Assembly (NCBI GenBank): GCA_905178155.1
Contig: CAJINV010000008.1
Span: 3,229,303 to 3,293,302 of the forward strand
Reading direction: 5' to 3'
DNA: 64,000 bases
From: Amoebophrya sp. A120
Lineage: Eukaryota; Protista; Dinoflagellata
Shown in pieces: positions 10,483-22,701 of this stretch (position 1 is the first letter of the stretch; every line of letters begins with the position of its first letter). Both the position numbers and the translations under genes were made by a program. Under the pieces are notes generated by a model. It made no database searches. It saw only the letters and a list, made by a program, of their open reading frames with translations, and was not told where the DNA came from.

Positions 10483-13400
10483 TCACCCCGCCATCATCAG
10501 CGGCTTCGTGAGTTCCCCGACTACGACTTTTTTCTTTCCTCTGCCCGCGACCTTGCCCAAAGTCGCCGGCGAGGGCGACAGGTTCCGCCACCGGTCTGCG
10601 GGCGACGCAGTGAAGGCGTGCGGGGAGCAGTACAGTTCGGGCGCATCCGTTCGGTAGAGAGGATCATGGGTCAGAGGACTCGTAAAATAAAGGGCGCTAC
10701 TATCATCTTCCACGCGACCTCCCGGGTTGTTGTACTCCACACAGGGGAACCGGACGACGCCCTCGTACGCCAGCTGGCCAAGAATCAGGATCGCAAACCC
10801 GAGCGCCTTATGAACTGCAAAAGTATCGTACTCGTAGTATTGCAACACAAATTAGCTCAGCGTGACAAATGGAATTTCTCATGCTGATCTAGCTTGAAAA
10901 AGAAATTTGTCTTGCATGACTGCGATTAGTACGTGTACGGTACTTTTGCACAGGATACGCCTGCACGGGGCTGTAAACGGTGAGAGGTTCGCCATACTGC
11001 TCCCCCACCGTGTAGTAGAGCACGACCGACGCCACCCAGATGACCAACGTGCGGCTCGCGTCGAGGAAGGTGTGGTGGATAGCCGAGGACTCGGCGGTGA
11101 CCATCAGGCCCAGGATGTTGTACAGAAGCACGGACACGAAGAACGTTCCAATGGCGGCCTGCAGAAATGGCGAGTGCGCGACGGCAAAGAGCGAGTCCTG
11201 CGTGTTCTCGTATTCGCCTCCCGCGTCCACGCCGGGGAGCCTGCTGCAGATCGGCAGCACCAAGAAAATCATCAGACTGGACTATCGTCAGGAAAAATTA
11301 TCGAGTCCCCCCTTTCGTATCATAGTGCGCAGGTGTACTACTGCTGAACTACGTTTGCAAGGTTGATTTGATGTGGCCACAAATCGTATCCGCCTTGCAA
11401 GAAGCAGGCACCTCCACAGGAACAAGCTACTCCGCATTTATCACAACAGCATGCTGTTGGGCCCAAAGCGCGGCCACTTTGTTGTTATCGACTATTAAGC
11501 GCCCACACTCATCAAAGCCTCCACACAGCTAAGGCCTAGGACATGCCTGCAATCTCGCTCCTACTGCAAAACAAATTTTTACACGCATTTCATCCAGCAT
11601 AAGCAGCAACTCTGCTTTGAACATGAGGAGGGGGGATATTTCATTCTGATATGGACCCCCAGAACCCCTCGAGCCCGACAATCGCCATCGGGGTGACGTT
11701 GTGCGGCGGCCGCAGCAGGTACTCTTCGATTACATACTGGGCTGAGCAAACGACTTGCCCAAGGAGAATCAGGGCGATACCTGAACAGATGAAGTAAGCC
11801 TTCGGCCTCGGCGGAACAACATCGCAAGTAATAAATTCATCTAGCTGCAAAAGAGTGTATCTACACTACAGACTCATGGCGCAGGTTCGAAACTATTGAT
11901 GTCCTAGTACTGATTTTCACACCTATCAGCTGCGTCGTAGTTCCCTGTTTTGGCACGGCCTGTTGTTGTTCCGTGGCCTCCATCACTCCGCCTGCTCCTT
12001 GTCCCTCTTGCGCTGCCGCGGCCAAGACGGAGGACACACCCACCAGGGACAGAGCGAGGAGGCAGAGCAGAATCCCGATCCAGTTATAGGTGGTCAGCCG
12101 CTTCTCGAGGAACCAAACGCTCAGAAACGCGGAGAACAGGAGGATGCTGCCCTTCAGCATCTGGAACACGGACACGGTGGTGACACAGAGGCCCATTTGC
12201 TGCAAGCTGGTCCCCAACAAATCACAGATAGACGGAACGATCAGGGCAAAGAAAAGCTTGGCCGTGACGGGGTCGTATTGGTGGAGATCCACATGACTAT
12301 GATCTTCCTCGGTAGTGGTAGTTCTTGCGCCGTCGGCACTTTCGTCGAGGAGAGGGACAAAGTGTTGAGCAACATAATTACCAAATATAGCCGCCGGGGC
12401 GGAGGTAGTGAGGTCGTGGGCGTTTTCTTGCCGGCCATCGCCTTGGCCGCGGCTTTGCTTTTTCTGGGCTCGCCATACCGCCGTGAGTAACGTTAGGCCG
12501 CACGGTATGGCGGCCGCTTGATAAACGTCGCAAATTTTGACAAATTCCGAAATTCCTTTCCGAAGGCCAGCCCCCATGCTATGGGGCCGATCCGGGTGCC
12601 ACGGGGGGCGCCCAAAAAGCGAAGAAAAATCGGGCCCATAGCATGCGGATTGGCATTGCGCGTCTTCGGCGCTTTTTCTTTTTCGCGTTTTTATTTTTCA
12701 CGCCGGCGCTTTTTGCAAAGCTTCCCAGGCTCTGAAACCGGCGAAAAGGCGGCCGCTTTCGCGGCCGCCCAAAATGCTCCGAAATCGCGGCCGCGCCATG
12801 CTGTTTCGCTGTTCTGATTTTGGGCGCGTTTTTTGCGCGCCCCTTTTTGGGCGCCCCAAATCGCCAGAAACTAAGGCGGCGGGCGCCTCAAAAGGGCGCC
12901 CCTTTTGCCGGCTCCCCAGCGTCGTTTTATCCAGTGCGAATCGATAGAATTGGCTCGGGCTTGTTTGACAACAAAGCCCCGGCCGCTTGATAATTGAAAA
13001 TTTTTTATGTCCAAAAACGCTTCCGCCCGCCTGAAAACTGGCGGCCGTTTTGCTGTCTGGCTGTCAAAAAAACTCCCTGGTTAGAACCGTTCGGTGACCT
13101 CACTACATATGAGTCTCCTCGTCTGGGTTGGATGCGAGATTCAGTTTTGAGGTCGCGAGTGCCAAATTTCCATTATGTTCATCTCCGCTCGTCGCGGCCC
13201 AGATTTTTGTAGCTGTCCCGGATGAATGAAGACTTTGATTTTCTCTTCTCCGCAGAGCCTCCTGCTTGAAGCGTTGGTAGAAATGGAGCCCGTAATAGAC
13301 GGGCAGGGCGACCAAACAGGCCAGAAACATCACAGTTGAGAAAAACCATGGCTTCTGAAACTGCTCTTCCGAACCGTCCTGGGCTAAGACGCTGGTCTGG

Positions 13401-13483
13401 TAGCACAGTTTCAGCGCAATGCTGTTGATCGACCCGCAAATCAGGCCCGCGGCAAAGAGGAGACGGAACGAATTTGTGAACAT
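10483..13483 (-). CDS. SLC35F6-like / nucleotide-sugar (DMT superfamily) transporter, multi-exon
   Basis: Motifs FQKPWFFSTVMFL, VPSICDLLGTSL, VSVFQMLKGSILLFSAFLSVWFLEKRL, QYVIEEYLL, IVGLEGFWG, YENTQDS, SAIHHTFLDASRTLVIW across exons. The first intron boundary (about 12490-13110) is not resolved. Confidence 0.88.
10809..10957. mobile_element. Introner family B (direct repeat CGCCT)
   Basis: Same left end as 4050 (TATGAACTGCAAAAGTATCGTACTCGTA); right end GTACTTTTGCACAGGATA. CGCCT at 10804-10808 and 10958-10962. Removal gives SPVQA|LGFAILILG. Confidence 0.92.
11283..11651. mobile_element. Introner family C (direct repeat TGGAC)
   Basis: TATCGTCAGGAAAAATT...CCCCCC to GGGGGGATATTTCATTCTGATA, with TGGAC at 11278-11282 and 11652-11656. 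Removal gives GFWGSSLMIFLVLP. Confidence 0.85.
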
Positions 13484-14418
13484 CCTATAGTTGCAGAAAC
13501 GACCACCTCGCGGATATAATTGCGACGTTGAAATTGTACTTTATGCACATGTAGGTCATGGGGGCTGTGCGTGTGGTGGCCAAGCTTCAAGCCTACGTGT
13601 TGTGACTCACAATTTGAAGATGACGAACCTTTACTTCATTCGCTACCATGATCGCTCGTCGTGTCCAATCAGCGAGCCACTAAGCCGCGCTTGTGATATA
13701 ATGTCACGTCCTTCTAGACATGACACGCGTAGTGCGTTGGGTCGTCGTCGTCGTCGTACGTTACTTTCGTTGCATACTGTGCAGTGAGCACGAACTGTGA
13801 CCCACGACTTTCTACTTTCAACGATGCCACATGGACCTCGTTGTCAAATAGTAGCTGCAAAAACCTTCACGATTCAGTCAAATACAGAGTGGTGGTTTTG
13901 CAAGGGCAAGAGGCAGCGCTCAAGTATGCGGAGTATGGACAGCAGCTCCTTTCCGTCAAACCTCAGAAGAACAAGGGGAGGAGGACAATGCTTGTTGGGC
14001 CATCAAAAAACGAAAAGACAGACACTCATATAAATTGCGTGCTTGTTCTTTCTTGGTTCGTCGTTGTTGTAAATCTAGTTCTATTTTTGTCGGAATCGAC
14101 AAGGCGACGTCGCCTTCGCAATAATTTTGTACGTAGATCTTGTCATCTAGTTGTGTCTTCGTCGCGACAAAGGGAAGTACTTAGATAGTTCGTCTGCTAG
14201 TTGTTGTACAACCCGATCGTGTTCAAGTACCTCGGACACGTTGGTTGCCGCAATAGCTGTATTCCCGTCTGAATAAAAGTGTCGTCTTGCTTCTTCAACC
14301 AGCATCGCTCTTCTATCTGGTGTTCCTGTTCGTGTCCACGGGCACGGGAAATACACTGGTATCGTCTTCGCACTTACTTCCCGGAGCATCATGTCGATCA
14401 TCATCACTTCACGGCTGC

Positions 14419-17400
14419 TCACAACTCGTCTTTGGTGCCAGCCGCCGCTCCACTACCCACGCCTCCGCCGGCCGCCGCACCGCCGCCACTGTCGAGCGAA
14501 GAATCCACCCCGCGGCCCATGTGCGTCTCCACGAACTGGATCAACGTGTCGAGGTTTCGATCCCCCACGTAGTGCACGGAGTGGTCGGTCGACTTCCGAT
14601 ACAGCTTCAAAGTCGGGTAGCCCTGGATCACCTCCTCCACCTCCAGGGGCAAGTCGTTTATGGTGGCGTCAAACTTGGCGATCAAAACACCGGACCCCGG
14701 GACGTTGTACTTTGCAGCCAGGTCCTTGTAGATGGGCTCCAACTTTTTGCAGTGCCCGCACCAAGGGGCGTAATACTTTACCAGTACGTACTGATTATGG
14801 TTCAGGATCGTATCCAGAAAGTGCTCGCCGGTGAGTGTGAAAATCGCTCCCTGGTCCTTCGGATTGTTCTTGGGCGCGTGCTGCGACTTCAGATGCGGTT
14901 TAGCCGCGCCATTCAGAAAGTCCTCCGCGAACTGCTCAATTTTCTCCGGCGTGATCGCCTTTGCGTTGCGCAGGTAGTTCAGATCATTGGACATGTCCTC
15001 GCTTTGATCGCAAGAAAAAACTGTTTCACTGTCGTGAACGTGAATGTGTAATGGATAGAATGGAGCACAAAGTGATTTGACCTGCTACTGCACCTGCAAA
15101 AAGCACTGGATTTTTAAGCGCGTTTTCCATTGCTGGAATGAAGCGCCGCGCATGGCAAATTTATTTCCGTGTCATGTGTAGCAAACATACATGTGAAGAT
15201 GCAGATCTTGCAATAAAATCATCACAGTGAGTAAACAGTTTTTTCTCACGATCATAGCTTTCGGCAGCCAACTCCTCTTCCGTGGCCTCCGGGGGCATAG
15301 GCAGCTTGTACTTCACCATGCCGTCGGTGGGATCCTTGATGATGCGGATGCAGGGTAAATCCTCGTAGTCCACCGAAATGTAGTCCATCAAACGCATGTC
15401 CATGGGCTGCTCCGCGCCGGCGAAGGTGACGACAAAGTCCTGTTTGTACTTCGTCGCGAGGCTGTGAAGCGAGTCCTCGATGAGTTGATTTTTCTCCCGG
15501 ATCTCCGCATGCAGATTCTGTTCCGTCGTCGCGATATCCGGCCGCTTCTCGTCGCGTAAGTACAGCAGCAGGGGCCGCGGGTCGTTGAAAAGCAGCGCCG
15601 CGTTTTCCCCCGTAAAGACGTTAACTTTTGGCATCGAGTAAATCGCCACAAAAAATCGCACGTCATCAGCGACCCTGAGCGTTGTTCGAAAATAAAAGCG
15701 TGATGTGAAAATGTTGAAACTCAGAATTATTGAGATGAGTGACCTTGTTTCGCGGGTCTTAGCTACAACACAAGTGACGACATGCAAAAAAGCAAGGCAA
15801 ACGCACTTACCGGAGGACAGAGCATCACCAACAGCGCCAGTACAACTCATAGTACGAGCTGCTGGTTATTAATTTCTCGCAACTCGAAACATTTCAGTCT
15901 ATGATATCATGTTTAATTATCAGGCCAAAAAACCAAATAGAATCTATACGTAATCAATGTCAAGCAGCATCAGAATCTACATCATCTTCAGGAAACATAC
16001 CGTTCCCAATATTCCGGATGCTCCTTCCCCATGCCCACTGCATCCGGTGTCACGATTGGGGCAACCGACTCCCCCTCATCGAAGGGGAACCGCATGTAAA
16101 CCACGTCCCCGGCGGAAACGTCAACCTTGAGTGTGTGCGAGTGGTTCGTTATCGTTCTTCTTGTCGTGCATGACAAGTTAGAATTCGTTTTCAACCTCAA
16201 GTGCCACTATATCATAATCATGCGCATTTCTGCATTAAACAACCTGAACGTGGACTGTTGGTCGACGTGGCATTTCGATTTTTTTTTCTTCTCCATTCCA
16301 TAGATATGAGAGAGAGGAAGAAAAAGAAAAACAAAAACATGTACTTAGCTCTTCTTCAAGAACATCAATAATAAATATGAACACCTTTGGCACTTCTTTG
16401 ACTTCTGATTCCTGATCGGCAACGGCCTGCGCACGAAGTATCGTCTCCGGTTTAACCACCTCTTTGTACAGAGAGTTTGGGGCGATTCCAAAAAAAATAT
16501 ATGCATTGCAAATACGGAGTCGGGATTCATTTGATGTCATTTTTACGCAGATTTCTGTAAATGAAGTTAGTATCTATGTGGCTGCGCATTTAGATGTATC
16601 TTGTGCTAGTACCGAAGTAAATCTCATTCCTAGTCTTGACCTTCATGGCACAGCGATGCACACGTCGATCCTGTGTAATGCAAGATAAAAAGTGGGGTCA
16701 TGCTCCAAGTACTACCGTTCTCGATCTAGCATGCAAGAATCTGGAAATCAAGTTCCGGTCTTTCATGATCCAGCAGACCCAGACATATTTGCATTTGATA
16801 AAATGTCGTCGAAAGCCACGCCCACTTCCTGCAACACTTTTTCTTTCTCCGGGTCATATGCACAGAAAAATTTTGCTCGCGTTTATTGTATGCTTCTACT
16901 TTTTAATTTTATTTGCTGCATTTTTACTTGATGCCGGTGCGCAGCTAGAGCGGTCCGAAATAGAGGCCCGTCATCTTGATGCGTAGCTAGCACGTGAAAA
17001 CACGTTCCTTGAAAACACGTTTTCCCTGTGGTGCATACTTACGATCCGGCATGAAAAGCGTAATAGTTTTGCATAGTCTACAACACGACTGCATAGTTAC
17101 ACTTACGCAAAAAACTTTCTTTTTGATAGATCATCGCAGAATGCCACTATCACGCCGCCTCCAATCACGGCGGAAGTTCCTGCAAGTTTAATCTTTTTTC
17201 ATCGAATGATAGTATAAACAACAGAGGCAATCAGGACCGGCTCCGTCAACGTCATCAGTAAAAGTGAAGTCTGGACGACACGCTGTTTTGTCATGGAGCA
17301 CCGTTATGTGACAGTGTATAAAATTGGCAGAAAACACAAGGGGACTGAATCAATTCTACCCGTCGGCGTGGCTTCGTGGGCTTTTGCTTGGAAGAAAACC

Positions 17401-18095
17401 TCCACTTCCTCTTTAGTCTGTAGGTGAACAAGAATCGGCCCTGCTTTCTTTTCCACCCAAGCCACGATGTTGTCCCACATGCGCCCGCCGGCGTATTCCA
17501 TGTCTCTTCCCTCTACGAAAAACTTCAGGGTCGGGTAGCCCCGTACGCCATAGAGCTCAGCCAGCTTGGCTTCACTCGTGGCATCCACCACCGCGAGCGG
17601 GATCGGCGGGTCGCGTTCCTGCAGCTTCTGGGCCGCCTTCAGAAACTCATGCCGAAACTGCTTGCAGTGGCCGCACCAGGGCGCGTAGAACTGGACGAGT
17701 ACGTGCTTGTTGTTCGTAACGTAGTCCTCGAAGGTATCCGAGGTGAGCACCGTGACCCCCTGAAAGTCCTCTGCTTTCAAGTCAGCGAGTGCGGAAACCC
17801 CATAGCTGGACGAGGACGGCCCCCACGAGGACCCCTTGCTCGCGAAGAAGGTCGCGTCATGCCGTATTGACAGGAAGCTGACAGCAGCGAGAAGACACCG
17901 CTGGAAAGGACCTCGCAATGATGATGTTGACCGGCAGCACGGTACTCCGTTCGGCGCAGAAGTAGAACAAGAGAAAGAGCTAGGTGGTCGCGAAGCAGAG
18001 CTTCTTGTAGTTGGTGCGGCAGCATAGGTTCTCTTCTTCATGGGGGTGCAGACGCCTCCTTGTTCTCGGGGGAGAACACTTTCAGGTCGTGCCAT
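14419..18095 (-). CDS. PDI: Protein disulfide isomerase (a-b-b'-a'), ER-retained
   Basis: Two thioredoxin domains with APWCGHCK (near 17670 and 14760), intervening b/b' exons and C-terminal KDEL. Introns are a mix of GT-AG and three introner-type introns. The start codon is uncertain. Confidence 0.95.
15006..15256. mobile_element. Introner (A-tract type) in PDI, direct repeat GCTTT; left TAT missing
   Basis: GATCGCAAGAAAAAACTGTTT...AAACAGTTTTTTCTCACGATCATA, with GCTTT at 15001-15005 and 15257-15261. Removal gives LAAES|EDMSND. Confidence 0.82.
16500..16800. mobile_element. Introner family A in PDI (direct repeat AAATA/AAATG)
   Basis: TATGCATTGCAAATA...CAGACCCAGACATATTTGCATTTGATA. Removal + 5 nt gives VAFDDIFFGIAP. 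Confidence 0.85.
16857..17128. mobile_element. Introner (A-tract family D) in PDI (direct repeat GGTCA/GATCA)
   Basis: TATGCACAGAAAAATTTTGC...GCAAAAAACTTTCTTTTTGATA. Removal + 5 nt gives VAFCDDPEKEKVLQEV. Confidence 0.78.
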
Positions 18096-19007
18096 TTTTG
18101 TGTCACGACAAATCGGTAAGTACTTGTCACACGACTTGGCCTATCAGACTAAAGGACGGGCCATTTTGGGGAAAGAGGGCGAGCTGCAAATTGGGAGCAC
18201 TAGTCTACATATTCCTTTGAGCGCATACATTGACGGGAGGACCCCAACGGCGCGAAGATCCTTGGTGGAGGCAGACAGGAAAAGTAATACGCACATGAGC
18301 GTGAAGTCGTTAAAAAACAAAAACTTTGCCGTTTTCGCCCGACAAATCAGCGACCTGAAGGAGTTCTTCCGTACCACCGTGATAAATGTGCAAGTGACTG
18401 TTAATACATGCGAAACAAGAGATTGATATAGTTAGGTACTACACATTAGAATGTATGCCGGGCGCGCGCAGAGAACCAAAGCAGCCGTCTTTTTGTAAAA
18501 GGATCTATGGCCCATCAAAAGCAGAACGTCAGAACCTGTGGTGAGCAAAAGGAACCGCACCTGCGCAGGATTGAAAATATCATCATGATGAAAGAACGCA
18601 AGTAAGTAGCCTTTAGAAACTTGTTCCTTCACTTCGGACGACCAAGATCATGACTCCGATCAAGTTTATGTTTATCAACGAACAAGATCCTGCAAGCACA
18701 AGCAGGTGTTAAACTACTGTACTTGAAAACCGAAACAGAACTACATGCTCTAGAGAACCAGACGACGAGACAAGTGTTGTTGTACCCAACACAACAACAC
18801 AAGTCTGTAAAAATGCTGCCGGTCGGCTCCGAATCAGGATGCCGTTGAGGCACCCGCTGTAGGAGAAGTACGTATTTCCGGCGCCGAGAAGACTACATCA
18901 TAACGCGCTCAAGTCTTGAATAATTGTTCTTGCGACAAGTTCTGGTCCGTCGTATCTACTTCTATCTATCATTTCGATGTTGATGTGCGTTGGCGTTCTT
19001 CAGTTCT

Positions 19008-19080
19008 TGGATGGATGGACCATATATCACATCGTGCTGTCATTGGATGGATGGACCATGAAATCAATCGTGCTGTCATT
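19008..19080. repeat. Tandem duplication of about 36 bp
   Basis: Two adjacent copies of TGGATGGATGGACCAT...ATCGTGCTGTCAT. Confidence 0.8.
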
Positions 19081-19432
19081 CGGAATCACATCGGATGATT
19101 AACACCGCACAGATCCCCGCTTACAACTTCACTGCTGCGCACCACAGGCAACTTGTTACGAAAATTACCTCAGTGCGGGCTTCTTGTTCCCAGTGGCAGG
19201 CTGTTGGCTCCGGTTCCGACCGACGAACGCTGCACTGGAGCGTCGTTCCACCTGGAGTGATGTGGGAGCCTCGGTATTTGGTTCTACCTCGTACCGATTT
19301 CGGTTACCGCACACAGGCAGATCTCTTTCTTCCTTTCATCATTTGTATTCCAGCGCAGCGGAAACTTCTCCTGCAATAATAGAACAGCGACCAGTCGCAA
19401 TAGAAGTTGAAGTGATATAGTGACACGAATAC

Positions 19433-22400
19433 TTACGCCACTAAAAATCCGTACCTGTTTCTATAGCGCGGTCGTCGCTCATTTCGATCATGACTTCCAT
19501 GACCACCAGCATGATGACGCGAAGAGGAAGACGGCATGCGCGCGTTCCTCGAAGGGCGACGAGCAGGCGTGCGATGCCGATTCGCCGCCAACCCAGTTCG
19601 TTCGTCCGAGGAATCCATCATATCCTGGTCCAGTTCTTCCTCGGTGCGAGAATCGGGATCATTGTGCTGGAAGTCGTCAACATCAAAAGCGTCCGCTTCG
19701 TTATCTTCCTGCTCCGCCTGCGCCTTGAGCACTTCATCCAGGTTGAGCTTGCTGTATGACAGAAGAGTTTATAGAATCCCGGGTCCCAGGGTAGGGAGGA
19801 CCAGGGAGGGGATTTTGCTATATAAAACCGAAAACCGAAAACCGAAAAATCATAAAAACCCCAATCGCGGCGGTATGGTGCTCTTTAACAATTTGCGCGA
19901 GTTTTCCATGCGGAATATACTCAATCTCCATGGTAGTGCGATGTCGGGAATGCGGCGACAAAAGACAAAGCTATAAGGCGACGCGATGGCAGAGGCAAAG
20001 CTACCCTACAAACGGACCGCGCAAAGCTTTTCAAAAATATTTCAACAATAAATTTCCAGCACATACACAAAGTTTGCCCCTGATCCACATCCAACCGCCC
20101 CGGGCTTTGGACTGTTTTCTCCCCCGCGGGTTAGGCACCCTGCCCGCATTAGTTCCAAGGTCTTTACTCCCGTGCCGCGCCGTCATGACTAAATAATGGC
20201 TATGCCTATTGAGTAACGTTCTGCAGGACACGGCGGCGCGGCGACCGATAAACGAAAAGCAAGACCAAGACCCACGGCCCCTCTGGACCCGAACTACGCG
20301 AGAGGGCCCAGAGAAAGCCGCGCGCGGCAGGCAGGACACGGCCCGCCCGGCTGTCACAACGGTGCCCATAGCATGGGCGCGCACATGGGGTGGATGCCCG
20401 GGCCGAGGCCCACTGCCTCCCTAAACTTTTGGCGGGCCCCACCCCTGCTCTTTTTGCCAGTCTTCTCATTAGGGCGGTGGCATGCAGCTTCTCTGCTCTA
20501 TCCTTCCTCGGGCCCTCGCCGGCAGTTCGGCCGCCGAGCTGATTTGCCTGCGTGGGTGCGTGCCCACCGCCATTGCGACCGACCGGGCGAAGTCAGTCAG
20601 TCCAGTGGGCAAAATAAGTGGCGCAACCCTTCCTGCGGGCCCCTTCGCCCACGCACGCCAGTCCTGGGGCCGGCCCCGTTTTCGTGCCCGCCCGCGCGGG
20701 CGGGGCGCGCCACGCAGGCAGTTTCTGGGTAGGGCGCGGGCGGTACACCCACACGCCGAGTGCGTGGGACACGCGCACGGGCCGGGCAATACAAGGAACG
20801 AAGGCCCGGGGCCCCCGGCGAAATGGGCGGGCGCGCGCCGGGGCGGACGGAGGCGCGCCAACAGGCCGCCTGGCTGCCCCGAAGCACAAGGCCGGCCAAA
20901 AGACTGCCCTGGGGCGGAGGGCAGGGCAGAAGCGAAAGCCGCCGGGGCGCGCGGGCTCGGACGGTCGGCAAAGGGCAGACTGGCCCGCTTCCCTGGCCGC
21001 GCTCTGCGGCGCGCCCTTTCCCCGGGGCGGGCCAACGCCTCCAATATGCGGGCGCCGGCGCGCAAAAGCCAGCGGGCGCCGGGCCCCCGGCGCGCGGCTG
21101 TTTTTTCACTCTGCAACAAAAAACCGGCGGGGGGGCCTGGCCCGGGCAACTTCTAATGGCCCACCCGGGGTGCGTGGCGCAGGGGCCAAAACCCGGGCCC
21201 AATCAAAAGCTAGCGCAGCCTGCGCCTTGAGCACTTCATCCAGGTTCAGCATGCTGTATGATGCGGCAGTTGGTTTCTTTAGCTGTACAACCAATGTTGA
21301 TGGAACGGGAACAGTCGAAGATCAAACCAACACAAATACATTTTCCAAGGTGACGAGAACGACGTGCACAACGCGCCACTCGAGCCTGCAGGTCCAGATG
21401 AAAAGTACTTAAGCACGAAAGGAAACCGGCAGCCACTGCTTACCTGATCTGCGCCTCCCACCACGCCATTTCATCCGGACCCGGCTTGTCGAAGTTCATG
21501 TTTGCCAACTCGCCGCGTTTAGCCCTCTATGCATGGCAAAGGTGACAGACAGTCTCAGGGACGATAAAAATGCAAATCGCAGTGCCGCGCCGGCACTGCA
21601 GAAGTGGCTGGTCAACGCCTCATCTGATGAGCGCCTCATCTAATGAACTGCAGAAGTACAACGCCTCATCTAATGAACGAACTCTCAGAAAAAATGAAAC
21701 GTGTTTCATCGTGTCGCCACAACATTTTACACCCTTTGTCGCCTTGTTTGAGAGCAACAACGAAAAAGCAATCTGTGATCCTTCGTCCCTGGGTTTGCAT
21801 GCATCCCTGAACAAGACAACAACACACATGCGCCACCGATAGCCTCACATAGTACTGCACCTCGTCCGTACCCGGAGCCACGGTCTCAACATAATACTCA
21901 AAACGACGCTCGCCTTCGCCGTCTCCCTCTCCACCTGTTTATGCCATTATTATATATTTTCGCTGACAAACGAAGCTTGCTTCGTTGACACACGCAGCCG
22001 AGTGCGCACACACAGACACACTCACAATCATACGCAACAAGGAGCAGACGCGATACCGTTCTTCCTCTTTTTGCCGGCGATGCTGAACTCGCACAGGTTC
22101 GGTATCGAGATGGGTTTCTTGCAGTCCGCCAGCTCGTGCCGCTGCAGATACTCGAACCTCGGCTGCAGAAAATGCTTCCACGGGACAAAGCCCGAATACG
22201 CATTATCCTTAACATCGTCCAGGGGCACACCTGCGATATGCTTCCCGCCGTTATGGCACCGCAAAGGAAAGCCGCACCCATCCGCGAAGGTGATTTGACA
22301 ACCACAAAACCATACACTCACTTTGTCTTTGACAGATACACCGCACCACAAATTGTCGGCCCAGTCAGTTCACGAGCAATGAGGATGAGCATGAAAGAAC

Positions 22401-22701
22401 TATATAGCGCTTCAACAACGTATGCGCTGCCTGCAAAAATGCCGATGAGGTGGGCGCGACAGTTCCTGTTTTCATACTCGTCTCCGTCTTCTCCATGGCG
22501 CAAGGCCAGGCTGAAATACCCGGAACAGTAATTCTCGGGAACATTCAAATCGTCGTTCGGGCACAAATTGCCCTTGAAACGCGGCTTCCCATTGGCCCCA
22601 CGCCGTCGCGGGGGTTTTCCGTTGGCCTTGGAAACATGACGCCGGTCGCCTTTACGGCCGATGTATGTGCTGGAGAGATTTCCAGACATTTTGATGAACA
22701 T
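19433..22701 (-). CDS. Hypothetical multi-exon protein, boundaries uncertain
   Basis: Coding-like GC-rich exons near 22640-22430, 22290-22050, 21525-21445 (ends at a GTAAG donor) and 19750-19450 (acidic then Arg-rich). No family recognised. Confidence 0.45.

Noticed and set aside
20469-21412. ORFs of about 100-260 aa open in most frames
   Set aside because: Stop-poor because of extreme GC content; Arg/Gly/Pro/Ala-only composition with no motif.
21614-21680. Three short copies of GCCTCATCTRATGA
   Set aside because: Irregular local duplications, probably intronic; no repeat-spacer periodicity, not CRISPR.
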